DNA of 64,000 bases from Trypanosoma brucei (taxonomy: Eukaryota). The translations under genes were made by a program, and so were the position numbers. Shown here one piece after another: positions 1 to 9,626 of this stretch. The notes beneath the pieces are model-generated. The model made no database searches. It saw only the letters and a program-made list of their open reading frames with translations, and was not told the DNA's origin. The stretch lies in assembly GCA_000002445.1 (NCBI GenBank), contig CP000071.1:2368001-2432000 (forward strand), given 5' to 3'. Every line of letters starts with the position of its first letter. The stretch's first letter is position 1.

Positions 1-2721
1 GTTTTTCTGGATGCAAAGGACCGCCAGATGATTTTACAACGCAGCAATGGTTTGTTAGTTCCTGTGGCGCAGTCTGGCATCGCGTTGAACCGCCGTTTTA
101 CATTCTTCGACCAGGTTCATACAACAGGAACGGATATTAAGCAAGCGGCAACCGCAACAGCAGTGCTAACATTGGGAAAAGACCTTGTTTTCCGTGATTA
201 TGCACAAGGGGCGTACCGCATGCGCGGTATTGGGAGGGGACAACGCCTGTGCCTTTTCGTCATTCCTGAGGTACTTACTCGTCTTAACAACTCACTTGGT
301 TCTGTGCAGACGGGGGACTTACTTCTGGATATACCTGCGTGGCTGTTGTTGAACTCTGTGAGAATGGAGGGACTTCAATTTATTAAGCTGACCACGCAAG
401 AGATTGCTAACGTGTGGAGGAAAAAGGCCCTGAAGTATTTGGTCACAGACGCAATTCACGCCGATGCCCATCCTGATGCGCACACCGAGGCCGGTCGCTG
501 CTACAGATTCGACTCGCGAACCCGGAACCTACGCCCTCAAGAATTTTTGTCCAGTGATTCTGGTGCGTGTGGAGGTGTTTCGCTGCCTGATGGCCCGTTG
601 CTGCGCTCGTCTATTCGCGAGTTCCGCGAACCTGTAGATTTCCCGGTTGATTCCACGGTTGACACGGCGGTTCCATTTCTTCAGCGGTTGAAGCAACAAA
701 TGAACGAGAGGCCACAGGAGCTTATTCGCGCCGAAGCTGGCGTTCCTTCGGACGGCTGCGACCCGCAGCGGGTGCTTACGGAGCTGATGGAACGGTTGGA
801 ATTATCACTTACTTTACGCGCTGACGGCGCAAATGTGGCAGTGCAGGATATGGTCGGACATCTGATGAATTTCGACTCAGAGGTTGTGCACGAGCAGGAG
901 GCAGAGGAGGAGCAGGAACAGGAGGCGGAGCAGGAGGAGCAGCGCGTTTCCGTCGCCTCACGTGACGATGAGTTTCAAATACCGTGGCGGGTGCAGACGC
1001 TACAGGCGTATGGTAATCTCACAAACGAAGAACTTGGGAATGTTGGTTCAAAACTGGTAGTTAAAGGTGGGTGTTTCTATTCCATGCAACGGTTTCGACT
1101 AAGACCTGAACAGCCGGCAATTATGGTGGATTGGAAGGTACAACTAAGTGACAATTACTTTCGTGAGGAGTGGCATGGAGTTGGGGAGCGACGGTTGAAG
1201 AACGCCTTTTTGTTTTTAGAGTGGTCGCCATCCGACACGGCGCAATCTGATGTTTCCACCGGCGCTGGTGGCTGTGAGTCTGGCGGCAGTACTCTTGTCC
1301 CACTGCAACGTGTTCACTGCGGACTTGTCACGCTAGCTGAGGGGGAATCATTGAGGTGGATGATGCACCACCCTTCACGACACTCCGGTAGCGTTCGTAT
1401 GGCGCTTCGTATGGTAAGCAACGGATGTTACATGGACGCCTCTGCAGCCTTTGCTGAAGTTTTCCCATATTTAACAGCACAGCAGGAAGGGAATCGATGG
1501 GAGTTATTGAATGTTCCTCCGTCAGCTCCTCATATGAATTCCCAACAGCGTTGTGTGGGAGTGCTTGAAACTCCAAGCGCAGAGAGGGATGGGGCTGCGT
1601 TGCTTTATCGTTTTTTCAACAACGACATGTTTTTCTCTGTGGAAGAGCTGGCAGTGCTTGGGGTGATGCTAAAAGATGTGACGCATGTGGACCGTCTTCG
1701 CTTCTTCACTGACTGTCTGCGAGCTCGCCGGAGGCATCGTAATCATTGGGATGACACACCGGTCGCCGTATTGTTTGTTCCTCCGGGAGAACAGATGAAC
1801 GCACGGCTCCTTGCCATTCTTTCCATCATGCAGGTTCGGTTTGAGGAGCTTCAAAGTAGGCTGTGCAACGTACCGCCACCTCCGCAGTTGGTTGATCAGC
1901 TGCAATCTTTTCATACGCGTCTGAATCGTCTCCACTTGGAACATGTGGTCGATCATCACCATCATCGTGAGCGCGTGCAGCCGCGGGACACTGAGAACGT
2001 ATTATCTGTTTCAGCTATTGCACGTGTTCTTTTCGATGTTTTTTCGGGGATACTGAAACCTTACAACTTGAACGATGTATTACAAGCGCTGCAGTACTTT
2101 GTGCACAGGAAGGGGTCGACTGTGGTTCTAACTGAAAAGTTACACAACACCACCGTAGATGCTGCTGCAGCTGAATCGCCCTTCGTGCGTTGCGTAACGG
2201 AAGCATTTCCTGTGCTGAATTTGGAGTTTCTCGACCGGTGCCTTGTAGCTTTGTGTGCACACAACCCTGCCGTTGAGGGGCCGTGGCACTGCTCTGCCTG
2301 TACCCTCTTGAATGATCCTACCGTCAAGCGCTGTCTTGCCTGCAACACTGCTCGAGCCACCGACACTGCTGGCGCTACAGGAGGCATCAGTAGCGATGAT
2401 CCTCATGGTAATGAAAGTCATGGTGGCGAGGCGGAAGAGTCGTGGGCCTGCCAACAGTGCACTTTCATCAACGAGTCCCGCCGTTCGCCGCTGTGTGCCG
2501 TTTGTCTCGGTCCAAACCCCAATCCGCTGCCGCAATCGCAACCGGTGCACTCATCGGGGGACTTCATGGGGGCTGACGCGGGGAATGTGCGTGGCTGTCC
2601 TGAGGGATATTGGGCCTGTTTGGTGGAACAGGGAGGCTGCAGTAAATTTAATCCTAACACCGTGTTTTACTGTCAGGTGTGTGACAAGGCGCGTCCTGGA
2701 TTGGCCACCCTCCGTTTCTAA
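1..2721 (+). CDS. 5'-partial ORF (frame open to window edge; first ATG at 28); large protein with acidic E/Q-rich stretch (~889-950) and C-terminal triple RanBP2-type zinc fingers (~2284-2690)
   Basis: 897-aa ORF without upstream stop. Two canonical W-x-C-x2-C-x3-N-x6-C-x2-C motifs (WHCSACTLLNDPTVKRCLAC, WACQQCTFINESRRSPLCAVC) plus a degenerate third (WACLVEQGGCSKFNPNTVFYCQVC). Coding-like composition. Confidence 0.6.
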   Translation, partial: VFLDAKDRQMILQRSNGLLVPVAQSGIALNRRFTFFDQVHTTGTDIKQAATATAVLTLGKDLVFRDYAQGAYRMRGIGRGQRLCLFVIPEVLTRLNNSLGSVQTGDLLLDIPAWLLLNSVRMEGLQFIKLTTQEIANVWRKKALKYLVTDAIHADAHPDAHTEAGRCYRFDSRTRNLRPQEFLSSDSGACGGVSLPDGPLLRSSIREFREPVDFPVDSTVDTAVPFLQRLKQQMNERPQELIRAEAGVPSDGCDPQRVLTELMERLELSLTLRADGANVAVQDMVGHLMNFDSEVVHEQEAEEEQEQEAEQEEQRVSVASRDDEFQIPWRVQTLQAYGNLTNEELGNVGSKLVVKGGCFYSMQRFRLRPEQPAIMVDWKVQLSDNYFREEWHGVGERRLKNAFLFLEWSPSDTAQSDVSTGAGGCESGGSTLVPLQRVHCGLVTLAEGESLRWMMHHPSRHSGSVRMALRMVSNGCYMDASAAFAEVFPYLTAQQEGNRWELLNVPPSAPHMNSQQRCVGVLETPSAERDGAALLYRFFNNDMFFSVEELAVLGVMLKDVTHVDRLRFFTDCLRARRRHRNHWDDTPVAVLFVPPGEQMNARLLAILSIMQVRFEELQSRLCNVPPPPQLVDQLQSFHTRLNRLHLEHVVDHHHHRERVQPRDTENVLSVSAIARVLFDVFSGILKPYNLNDVLQALQYFVHRKGSTVVLTEKLHNTTVDAAAAESPFVRCVTEAFPVLNLEFLDRCLVALCAHNPAVEGPWHCSACTLLNDPTVKRCLACNTARATDTAGATGGISSDDPHGNESHGGEAEESWACQQCTFINESRRSPLCAVCLGPNPNPLPQSQPVHSSGDFMGADAGNVRGCPEGYWACLVEQGGCSKFNPNTVFYCQVCDKARPGLATLRF

Positions 2722-3195
2722 TGAGGGAAACAATATGTGTATATATATAGTGGGGAACTTTCCACTTTGGTACAGTATCGTTGGGGCGTGAGGCAAGGAC
2801 GCGATGGGAAGGCGGCAGTGAGTGTGTGTAAAAGCGATCAGTTACGTCCACATTTGCTGTTCTTTTGGTAGTTATTTTTTTACTGTTCATCAGATCGTGG
2901 TAAACATATCCTTATCAGTTTTACACGGACGCGCATGATCAATTGCCCCTTACCATATGATTTCTTGTGTTTTTCTTGCTGAATTCAAAGGGATGGGATG
3001 ATCCCGCCATGTCAGATTATTATTTTTTTTTGGCTTCCCTCAGTGTTCCTCCTTATTTTTGTGCGAGGGTGTTTATTGTTGGTCTTTCACTCCGCTAGAC
3101 TGTACGAAACGAACGCTTCACAATTGCAACCACCCGTACATACTACCATATTTTTGGGCTTGAGGATTTCTCCATTTGACGTTAACATCAATGAA

Positions 3196-3237
3196 CTTTC
3201 CTTTTTTTTACTTTTTTATCATTTTCGAATTGGTCAG
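3196..3237 (+). promoter_or_regulatory. polypyrimidine tract plus downstream AG: candidate trans-splicing acceptor for the gene at 3282 (and polyadenylation guide for the upstream gene)
   Basis: ctttccttttttttacttttttatcattttcg followed by AG at 3236-3237, ~45 nt upstream of the ATG. Kinetoplastid mRNA processing is PPT-guided. Confidence 0.4.
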
Positions 3238-3281
3238 GTCGCTAAGGTCCCATTCAAATTCCGTAAAAGACATTCTTTCAA

Positions 3282-4910
3282 ATGAAAAGCAACCGCAAGA
3301 AGGAGAAATCATGGATGAAGAACCATCCCATGGAGGGTGACGACATCATCACCTCCTTCTATGACCTTTTGTGTAAGCGAGATCCCAAAACGATGAAACC
3401 ATGCCGAAATGTCTTTGTTCCTGACACGGTGGTATACGAACATAACTTTCCTCGTGGATGGTACACAACTGATGTGAAGGCGAGGGAAGTTATGCGGCGG
3501 CAGGGAAAGGACTTGGATGCAGCCACAATTGAGTTTGGCTTCAGCCGCGATGTTGCAGAGAATTTTCCCATAGTGGCCACGTACTTGTCCATTCACGAGG
3601 AGAATTTAGGCAATGGCGTAACGGAAACAACAACACGGGTGCAGGTATTGAACAAGGAGGATATTGGTGCTTTTGTTGCACGAAAAAGCAAAAATAATGG
3701 CATACTTCAGCGATTTGTCTTCCCTAAGGGTTACCACAACAATGTGATCAAAGTTGTATGGAGCCCGCGTATAGCCATAATTCAGCGACGTAAGAACAAG
3801 TATCCCATCAAGGACAGAAAGCGTGCTGAGATTGATCCTTTTGCCATCACAGTGACGTATGAGGGGCCGGAGTACCTTAGCGAGGAGAGCGGTGTCTCCG
3901 CCCACGTAGCATTTGAGGTAAAGAATATCTGTGCTGAGATAATCAAGCACTTCTTTCACACAGAGCACAAATATATTACACGCATGGTTTTGTACTTTAA
4001 AGGTGATGGGAAAGATCGGCTGTGGCTCTTGTGGTGTGGCTCGTTGCGTGTAGCGGAACGGATTGTACCGAGTAACATGCCCATGAATCTTGCGCCAAGG
4101 TTCGGCGAGCCTGCACGTGAGGGAGCACTTAGCGAGCGGGAGATGTTGCGCAGAGTTGACAAGGCATATTACGTGATCACGAGAGATGGACCCTTCTATG
4201 AAACGTACATACGAGGGGGTGACAGTCATTCCAACGTAAGTTCTGGGAAGCGAAGTTTTCGTGGTGTTGATACTCGAGATTCATTATTTGCGGATGGCGG
4301 GGAGTTGGACTCCTTTTATGCAAAGAAAGTGAACGAGGAGGAGAATCTTCCCACGGAGTTGAAAGATCACCTGGAGGACATGAAAAACGTTGAGGAGATG
4401 GTGTTGGAGACGTTCAGAGATATATTCTACAATGCTTACAGTCATTTTTTGAGTGCTACAGATCGTCCCTTTGACGTTGTGGTGCCTCCTAATGTGGTAA
4501 ATGTCCTCTCACCGGCTTCCACAAGTGAACTTATGAAATTCCTCAAATTGGGAAGGAAATTGATAGCAGAACCTTTAATGCAGGGTGAGAATGGTATTCC
4601 CAGCGACGCTGCTGCTGAGGGCACTGAGGCCGCTCACGCATCTTCGGGACAAATGGGACCGGTTGCAGGTGAGCAACCAATGGTATTTGCCATCCCCGAA
4701 AAGTTTTACACGCCCCTCTCGATGCTGAGTAATAAAGCAGAGGAATGGATAAGAGCGCACTTTAATGGGCGCCGTGAGGAAGCTAGAAAAGGACATGGAG
4801 GTCAGGCGGAAGGGGAGCAACCACCCGATGGTGGTTCCGCAGAGCGTGACGAGCGGAAAACGGATTCGTCCAGCGCGCAGAGGCCTTCTGTTTCCTACGT
4901 GAATATGTGA
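3282..4910 (+). CDS. hypothetical conserved protein (542 aa), no domain recognised
   Basis: Long ATG-initiated ORF on the + strand with non-repetitive coding-like composition. Polypyrimidine tract plus AG at 3196-3237 upstream. Confidence 0.5.
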   Translation: MKSNRKKEKSWMKNHPMEGDDIITSFYDLLCKRDPKTMKPCRNVFVPDTVVYEHNFPRGWYTTDVKAREVMRRQGKDLDAATIEFGFSRDVAENFPIVATYLSIHEENLGNGVTETTTRVQVLNKEDIGAFVARKSKNNGILQRFVFPKGYHNNVIKVVWSPRIAIIQRRKNKYPIKDRKRAEIDPFAITVTYEGPEYLSEESGVSAHVAFEVKNICAEIIKHFFHTEHKYITRMVLYFKGDGKDRLWLLWCGSLRVAERIVPSNMPMNLAPRFGEPAREGALSEREMLRRVDKAYYVITRDGPFYETYIRGGDSHSNVSSGKRSFRGVDTRDSLFADGGELDSFYAKKVNEEENLPTELKDHLEDMKNVEEMVLETFRDIFYNAYSHFLSATDRPFDVVVPPNVVNVLSPASTSELMKFLKLGRKLIAEPLMQGENGIPSDAAAEGTEAAHASSGQMGPVAGEQPMVFAIPEKFYTPLSMLSNKAEEWIRAHFNGRREEARKGHGGQAEGEQPPDGGSAERDERKTDSSSAQRPSVSYVNM

Positions 4911-5002
4911 GTTTAGATGGCATACAATATATATATATATTTGTGCTTGTTTACACGTGTGGAGTGACGTTTTAGATCTTTCTGTGCATCTTATCAATTT
5001 GT

Positions 5003-5033
5003 CAATCTATCAATCTATCAATCTATCAATCGA
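5003..5033. repeat. (ATCAATCT)3.5 octanucleotide repeat followed by (TGTATA)-like units
   Basis: Direct reading. Confidence 0.85.
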
Positions 5034-5529
5034 TCTGTATATCTGTATATATATACATATATGCAGTATCAATAGTTGGCTAGAGCGCCTGTGGTGCGAT
5101 TGCCACCACCATTTTGTATCCCTCTAAAGGTGTTCTTCACCGGGAAGGGAAAGTTATGCGGGACAAAGTGAACTTTGTGAAGGTGTAGCTTGGATTACTT
5201 TTCCCATCTTTTTTTTTCCTCTGCTTTTGTTATTATTATCCGCTATCTATTTCCCTCTATTTTCCCCTTCTCTCTACATGTATATATATTCACATACACT
5301 CACTGTGTATCTTTCCCCTTTCCTCCGATTATTGCTTCATTTTAATGTTGGTTAAGAAACGTCGTATGTGTACAAGTGTGTTGGAAGTGGAAGGCTCTGC
5401 ACCTCAAAACCTCCTTCCTAATACAAAACCGTGAAATAATAAAGGTGGAAGTCACCTTTCAATGCTTTCAGGCGTGGAAAATGCTACTTCTATCAAATTG
5501 TAAGAAATGGAAACATAAAGGGAAATGCC

Positions 5530-5599
5530 ATCTTTTTTGCTTTTCTTGTGCATGCTTTCTCTCTTTTTTTTTTCCCCATCGTTTTTATCTTATGTATAG
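5530..5599 (+). promoter_or_regulatory. polypyrimidine tract plus AG upstream of the gene at 5894
   Basis: tcttttttgcttttcttgtgcatgctttctctcttttttttttccccatc…, with AG at 5598-5599. Confidence 0.35.
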
Positions 5600-5893
5600 T
5601 ATTTCTATAGAGCACAGTGTGAAAGGAAAAAAACCCATAGAAAAGAAACAGACTGCAAAGGTGAGGTCAAAAAGGGAAAGAAAGAAAAGAATAAATAACT
5701 CTGAGCCAAAAACATTTTTTTTTTTGCCGAACGTGCATCAACAAAACGTGCGTATTAGCGTTTGACATTTTCATTGGCTTGACCGTTTACCGTTGTTGTA
5801 AATTCGAATCATTGCTCCATAGGCGGAGGGAAAAGAGCACTCCAATACTTATCTATACATCCATCTAAATACTTTCATGCTCGCTGTAAGCGG

Positions 5894-8011
5894 ATGATGA
5901 GTGCCAATAACTGCACCCCTGATGGAAGCTCCAATAGTTTGCTCCCTTTAAAACCAACCATCTCTAATGATGATGCCGATATGCGCAGGAGGTGGACTCC
6001 GCTGTTAAATTTACTCGCAGTCGACAGTGAAGCTGCCGACGGAACCCCCGCTTCATTAATGATTGTCGCTCATGTCACGTACCGCTCCTCGTTGCTTAGG
6101 CGCGCCCTCCGTCTTTGGGTGAAACACCTGGAAGATTTTTACCGAAAGGAGCAGTGGCGTGAACACCTTGCGAGTGAGTGGTACGGACGGAGGCGCTTGT
6201 TTCTCTTCTTTCGTGCGTGGCAATGGCGGTACAATACGCGATTGCAGCTGGTAGCAAAGGGAGAAAAGGCACAGACGCATTGTTTAATGGCGGCGCAACG
6301 GCGTGCTTGGAGGGCGTGGGCAACATGGCTGTTTGCGCAGCGGGCGGTGCGTAAGGCGGTGTCGAAGTTGCTTGACGAAATTAGAAAAGGTACACGGTTG
6401 AGGTTTTGGTTATTGTGGCGCAGATTTAGTACACGCCGTGTGGCGTACGGGAGGGTTGTGCAGCAGATGAGGCATCAGCATTTGTTGCGTGGGTGGATGC
6501 AGTGGCGTCGGCTGTTGCTTCGTGGGGAAACACGCCGGTTGTTGTCGGCCGTCATAACACTTTATACACCGTGTTCATGGATGCATGATGTAATGGCATC
6601 TTTTCAACCGGCGCTGGCGCGTCAACCCGTACGGTTGCATTCTTCCTCCTCCACATCACGAGGCAATACGTTGGGTGAATGGTACTCGTTTAAGCTGATA
6701 GCCCTCCACTTTTATTTCATCCAGTGGATGGGTGAGACCGCATCACGGCGCGGAAGGCGGCTGCTGAGGTACGAGTCCGCCGTCCAAACCGTCAAACGCC
6801 ATGTTGATATGAGCAGCATAGCGGGTAGGTACCACACATGGTTGCTGTACACCGCCAACAATATTCACAGGCGCCGCATTCTGTCGATGTTATGCAGGCG
6901 TTATTTCCGTAAGTGGACCCTATTCGTGTCCCTGGAAACTCTGTTTAGGCAGTGTCAGCAGACTGTTTATCGGCGTGTGAAATTGTTGACCTTGCTTACT
7001 TGGCGTGGGCGTGCGCAGCACCAGCAGGAACATAAAAATCTCTTGCATGTTGCAGATGCGTTTTGCGCAAGGACGTTGCAGGAACACCAGCGCCGTGAGT
7101 GTTTTGTGTGTTGGAGGGCACGTTTGCATTCGAGGGAGGAGTTTCGCAGGTTGGAAGCAGAGGTACGGGATCGTCGCATGGAGCTCTTGAGGGACTTGGC
7201 AGTTAATCGACTACTGCATGGTGTCCTCCTCAACTTCTGTGAACCTCCTAATGTGAAGGCAGCCGATCCTGTGGGTGGGCGCCATAGTCCCTCGTCTGGT
7301 GTGGAAGAGAAAACTGCAAACTCAAGAAAGGTATCGGAAAGGTATATAACGATAACTCCAAACAAGCGTGACGGATGCAATGCATCGGTGGAGTTCGTGG
7401 AAGATGGAAGTAATTCCCCTAGAAACCCTGTTGATGCATTCCGGCGTAAGTTAATGAATCAGCCTCCAGCTATTCCTCTTGGGTTCGGTTCAGTGGCCCC
7501 ACGCGCTGCTGTGGTCGCTCAACCTCCCGCTCATCGGTTGGATTCGGCACCTTCCGTTGAGATTCAATCAATGTTATCCACTTCCTCTACGTTAGCTCCC
7601 GCAGATCTCACGAAGGCCTCACCACCATCCTCTCATTTACTTTCATTTGATCCCTTGCCGGCTACTTCGGAGGATTCAAACTGTACGACTTCACGCCCTG
7701 ATGTTGCAGAGGGCCGAAGGTTATTAACGGAATATCGTGTCATGTTAGCCACTGCACCTAGTGAGCGGGAGGAGATGCGGATTGTGCGCTCCAAGCTCGA
7801 CTTGTACAAACTGCAGAGGCAACGTGGCGGTGGTTTACTGAACGCCGATGATGAACAGGCAGAGAAAAAACAAGTGCAGCGACTTATATCCCTGAAGCAA
7901 CGGGAGTTGGATCGCCAGGCGCTACGGGCGCGGGTGGAGCAATTGGCTAAACATCTGGAAGTAGTGTTGAGGTCATCTTCTGTTAATAGCACTGCTGCCA
8001 ACCCAACTTGA
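5894..8011 (+). CDS. hypothetical W/R/L-rich repeat protein; N-terminal half carries recurring LLxxWxxWR-type motifs reminiscent of Sfi1/centrin-binding or IQ-like repeats; S/P-rich middle; C-terminal coiled coil
   Basis: 705-aa ORF. Repeated motifs RRLFLFFRAWQWRY, AAQRRAWRAWATWLF, TRLRFWLLWRRFS and HLLRGWMQWRRLL at ~30-aa spacing. Confidence 0.5.
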   Translation: MMSANNCTPDGSSNSLLPLKPTISNDDADMRRRWTPLLNLLAVDSEAADGTPASLMIVAHVTYRSSLLRRALRLWVKHLEDFYRKEQWREHLASEWYGRRRLFLFFRAWQWRYNTRLQLVAKGEKAQTHCLMAAQRRAWRAWATWLFAQRAVRKAVSKLLDEIRKGTRLRFWLLWRRFSTRRVAYGRVVQQMRHQHLLRGWMQWRRLLLRGETRRLLSAVITLYTPCSWMHDVMASFQPALARQPVRLHSSSSTSRGNTLGEWYSFKLIALHFYFIQWMGETASRRGRRLLRYESAVQTVKRHVDMSSIAGRYHTWLLYTANNIHRRRILSMLCRRYFRKWTLFVSLETLFRQCQQTVYRRVKLLTLLTWRGRAQHQQEHKNLLHVADAFCARTLQEHQRRECFVCWRARLHSREEFRRLEAEVRDRRMELLRDLAVNRLLHGVLLNFCEPPNVKAADPVGGRHSPSSGVEEKTANSRKVSERYITITPNKRDGCNASVEFVEDGSNSPRNPVDAFRRKLMNQPPAIPLGFGSVAPRAAVVAQPPAHRLDSAPSVEIQSMLSTSSTLAPADLTKASPPSSHLLSFDPLPATSEDSNCTTSRPDVAEGRRLLTEYRVMLATAPSEREEMRIVRSKLDLYKLQRQRGGGLLNADDEQAEKKQVQRLISLKQRELDRQALRARVEQLAKHLEVVLRSSSVNSTAANPT

Positions 8012-8681
8012 TGGCAAAAATGCGGATGGGTTTGTGCATATGTCTGTGTGTGTGTGTGTGCCTTAGCTGGCGTTGTGTTTTTACGAAGGACCATATATGA
8101 CAAGCGGCTATATACGTTACATACGTGCACTTTTGGCTCTCATAAAAAGAAATATAATCGTGCATATCTTTGCTTTTACACCCTCAACTGAGGTGCACTG
8201 CGGAGAGTCGCCACCGTGTGCGTATAGCGTATAGGTATAAAGGGACATTGCATGTATGCGTAACTTCATGTTTGTAGGTTTAACACTTTGTATTATTTTT
8301 TTTGTTTTTGGCCGTTGCATTCATGATGCTATTTTCACGTTTTGTTTCATATTTATTAATTTATTTTTTTCTTAACTGTTCCCCTAACACTTCTCTCTTT
8401 TCTCTTCTTTTAACTTTTCACCCACGTTTCCGTTCGGGTGCCGTGTTGGGGGTAAACACACTCCAACGAAGTGGGATACCTTTAAGCACATTTATCGCCT
8501 GTCACGGTGAATAGAGCGGGAGGAGGGAGTAGAAAAAAAAGAAAAAAAAAGAGAATTAGTGGCCGAAGTCAGTAGCAAAGCCCGGGCACTGTTTGTTTTT
8601 CCTTTTTTTTTTAAATATTACTACTCTCGCTTTCTAGTATTATCACTAGTTACTCCACTATTCAGTAGTCCAAACACTGCG

Positions 8682-9626
8682 ATGGGATGTTTTTGCTGCT
8701 GCTGCTGCTGCGCTGTCCGTGACAGTCACGATTTAAAATATGCCACACCGGATCGTGTACCGCCTGATGGGGAACTCTTCCCATGGTATATACAAAATAG
8801 ACAAGGACTTTGGCTTCATTTTCGTGACTGGCCACCACCGCGGGATGTACCGAATGTACGCGGCGTACTTTTTATTGTGAGTGGACTTGGTGAGCATACC
8901 GCCCGTTACGGTGGTGTGGGCCGTTATTTTTCCCGTGAAGGGTTCCATGTGTTTTGTATGGACAACCAAGGCGCTGGTGCAAGTGAGGGCGCAAGATTGT
9001 ACGTTTCGGACTTTGATGATTTTATTGTTGACTTTTTTCTCTTCAAGAGGCATGTATTTTCCCTCTATCCGGAATATGAAGCACTACCCCGGTTCCTGTT
9101 GGGCCATTCCATGGGTGGACTCATAGCTACTCATGTCTCCCTTCGTGATCCTACCGGGTTTACGGGGTTTATTTTCAGTGGACCGGCATTAAAACCCCAT
9201 CCGAAGCTTGCTTCATGTTTCAAGCAGTGTTGTGTGGGTTTAATGTCAAGTTGTGTGCCTAAATTTGGTGTAGGAAGCATAGATCCCAAATCAGTGAGTA
9301 CAAATCGTCAAGTGGTAGAGTTGTTAGAACAAGATCCCCTTAACTTTGATGCTAAGTTAACGGCACGGTGGGGTAAAACAATGCTTGACGCTATGGAATC
9401 TGTATGGACGCAGGTAGAAAGGGCAACATACCCGGTACTGATTTTACATGGCGCGAAGGATGCTTTATGTCCAATTAGTGGTTCACGGAAGTTCCTTGAA
9501 TCCGTGCCAACTACGGACAAACAGTTGATTGAATACCCTGGTTTAGGTCATGAAGTGTTGACGGAAGTGCGCTGGAGGGAAGTACTTGGTGACATTTTAA
9601 AGTTTATTAATGCACACTGTAAATAG
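8682..9626 (+). CDS. alpha/beta-hydrolase, monoglyceride lipase / lysophospholipase-like
   Basis: GHSMGG nucleophile elbow (GxSxG), HG oxyanion-type motif (FIVSGLGEH) and overall hydrolase_4-like layout. The track ORF starts at GTG 8559. The first in-frame ATG is 8682, preceded by a pyrimidine-rich tract, giving the N-terminus MGCFCCCCCC. Confidence 0.7.
   Translation: MGCFCCCCCCAVRDSHDLKYATPDRVPPDGELFPWYIQNRQGLWLHFRDWPPPRDVPNVRGVLFIVSGLGEHTARYGGVGRYFSREGFHVFCMDNQGAGASEGARLYVSDFDDFIVDFFLFKRHVFSLYPEYEALPRFLLGHSMGGLIATHVSLRDPTGFTGFIFSGPALKPHPKLASCFKQCCVGLMSSCVPKFGVGSIDPKSVSTNRQVVELLEQDPLNFDAKLTARWGKTMLDAMESVWTQVERATYPVLILHGAKDALCPISGSRKFLESVPTTDKQLIEYPGLGHEVLTEVRWREVLGDILKFINAHCK

Noticed and set aside
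2312-2791. 159-aa + strand ORF overlapping the end of the first gene
   Set aside because: It is out of frame with the strongly supported RanBP2-ZnF reading frame. Its translation is A/L/P/R-rich with no motifs.
8559-8681. N-terminal extensions implied by the longest ORFs at 8559, 16477, 24517, 27031, 42618, 51407 and 58215
   Set aside because: Reading the sequence shows these ORFs begin at GTG or TTG (the track uses a bacterial-style start set). Eukaryotic translation needs ATG, and the extensions are pyrimidine-rich and UTR-like. Starts were moved to the first in-frame ATG.
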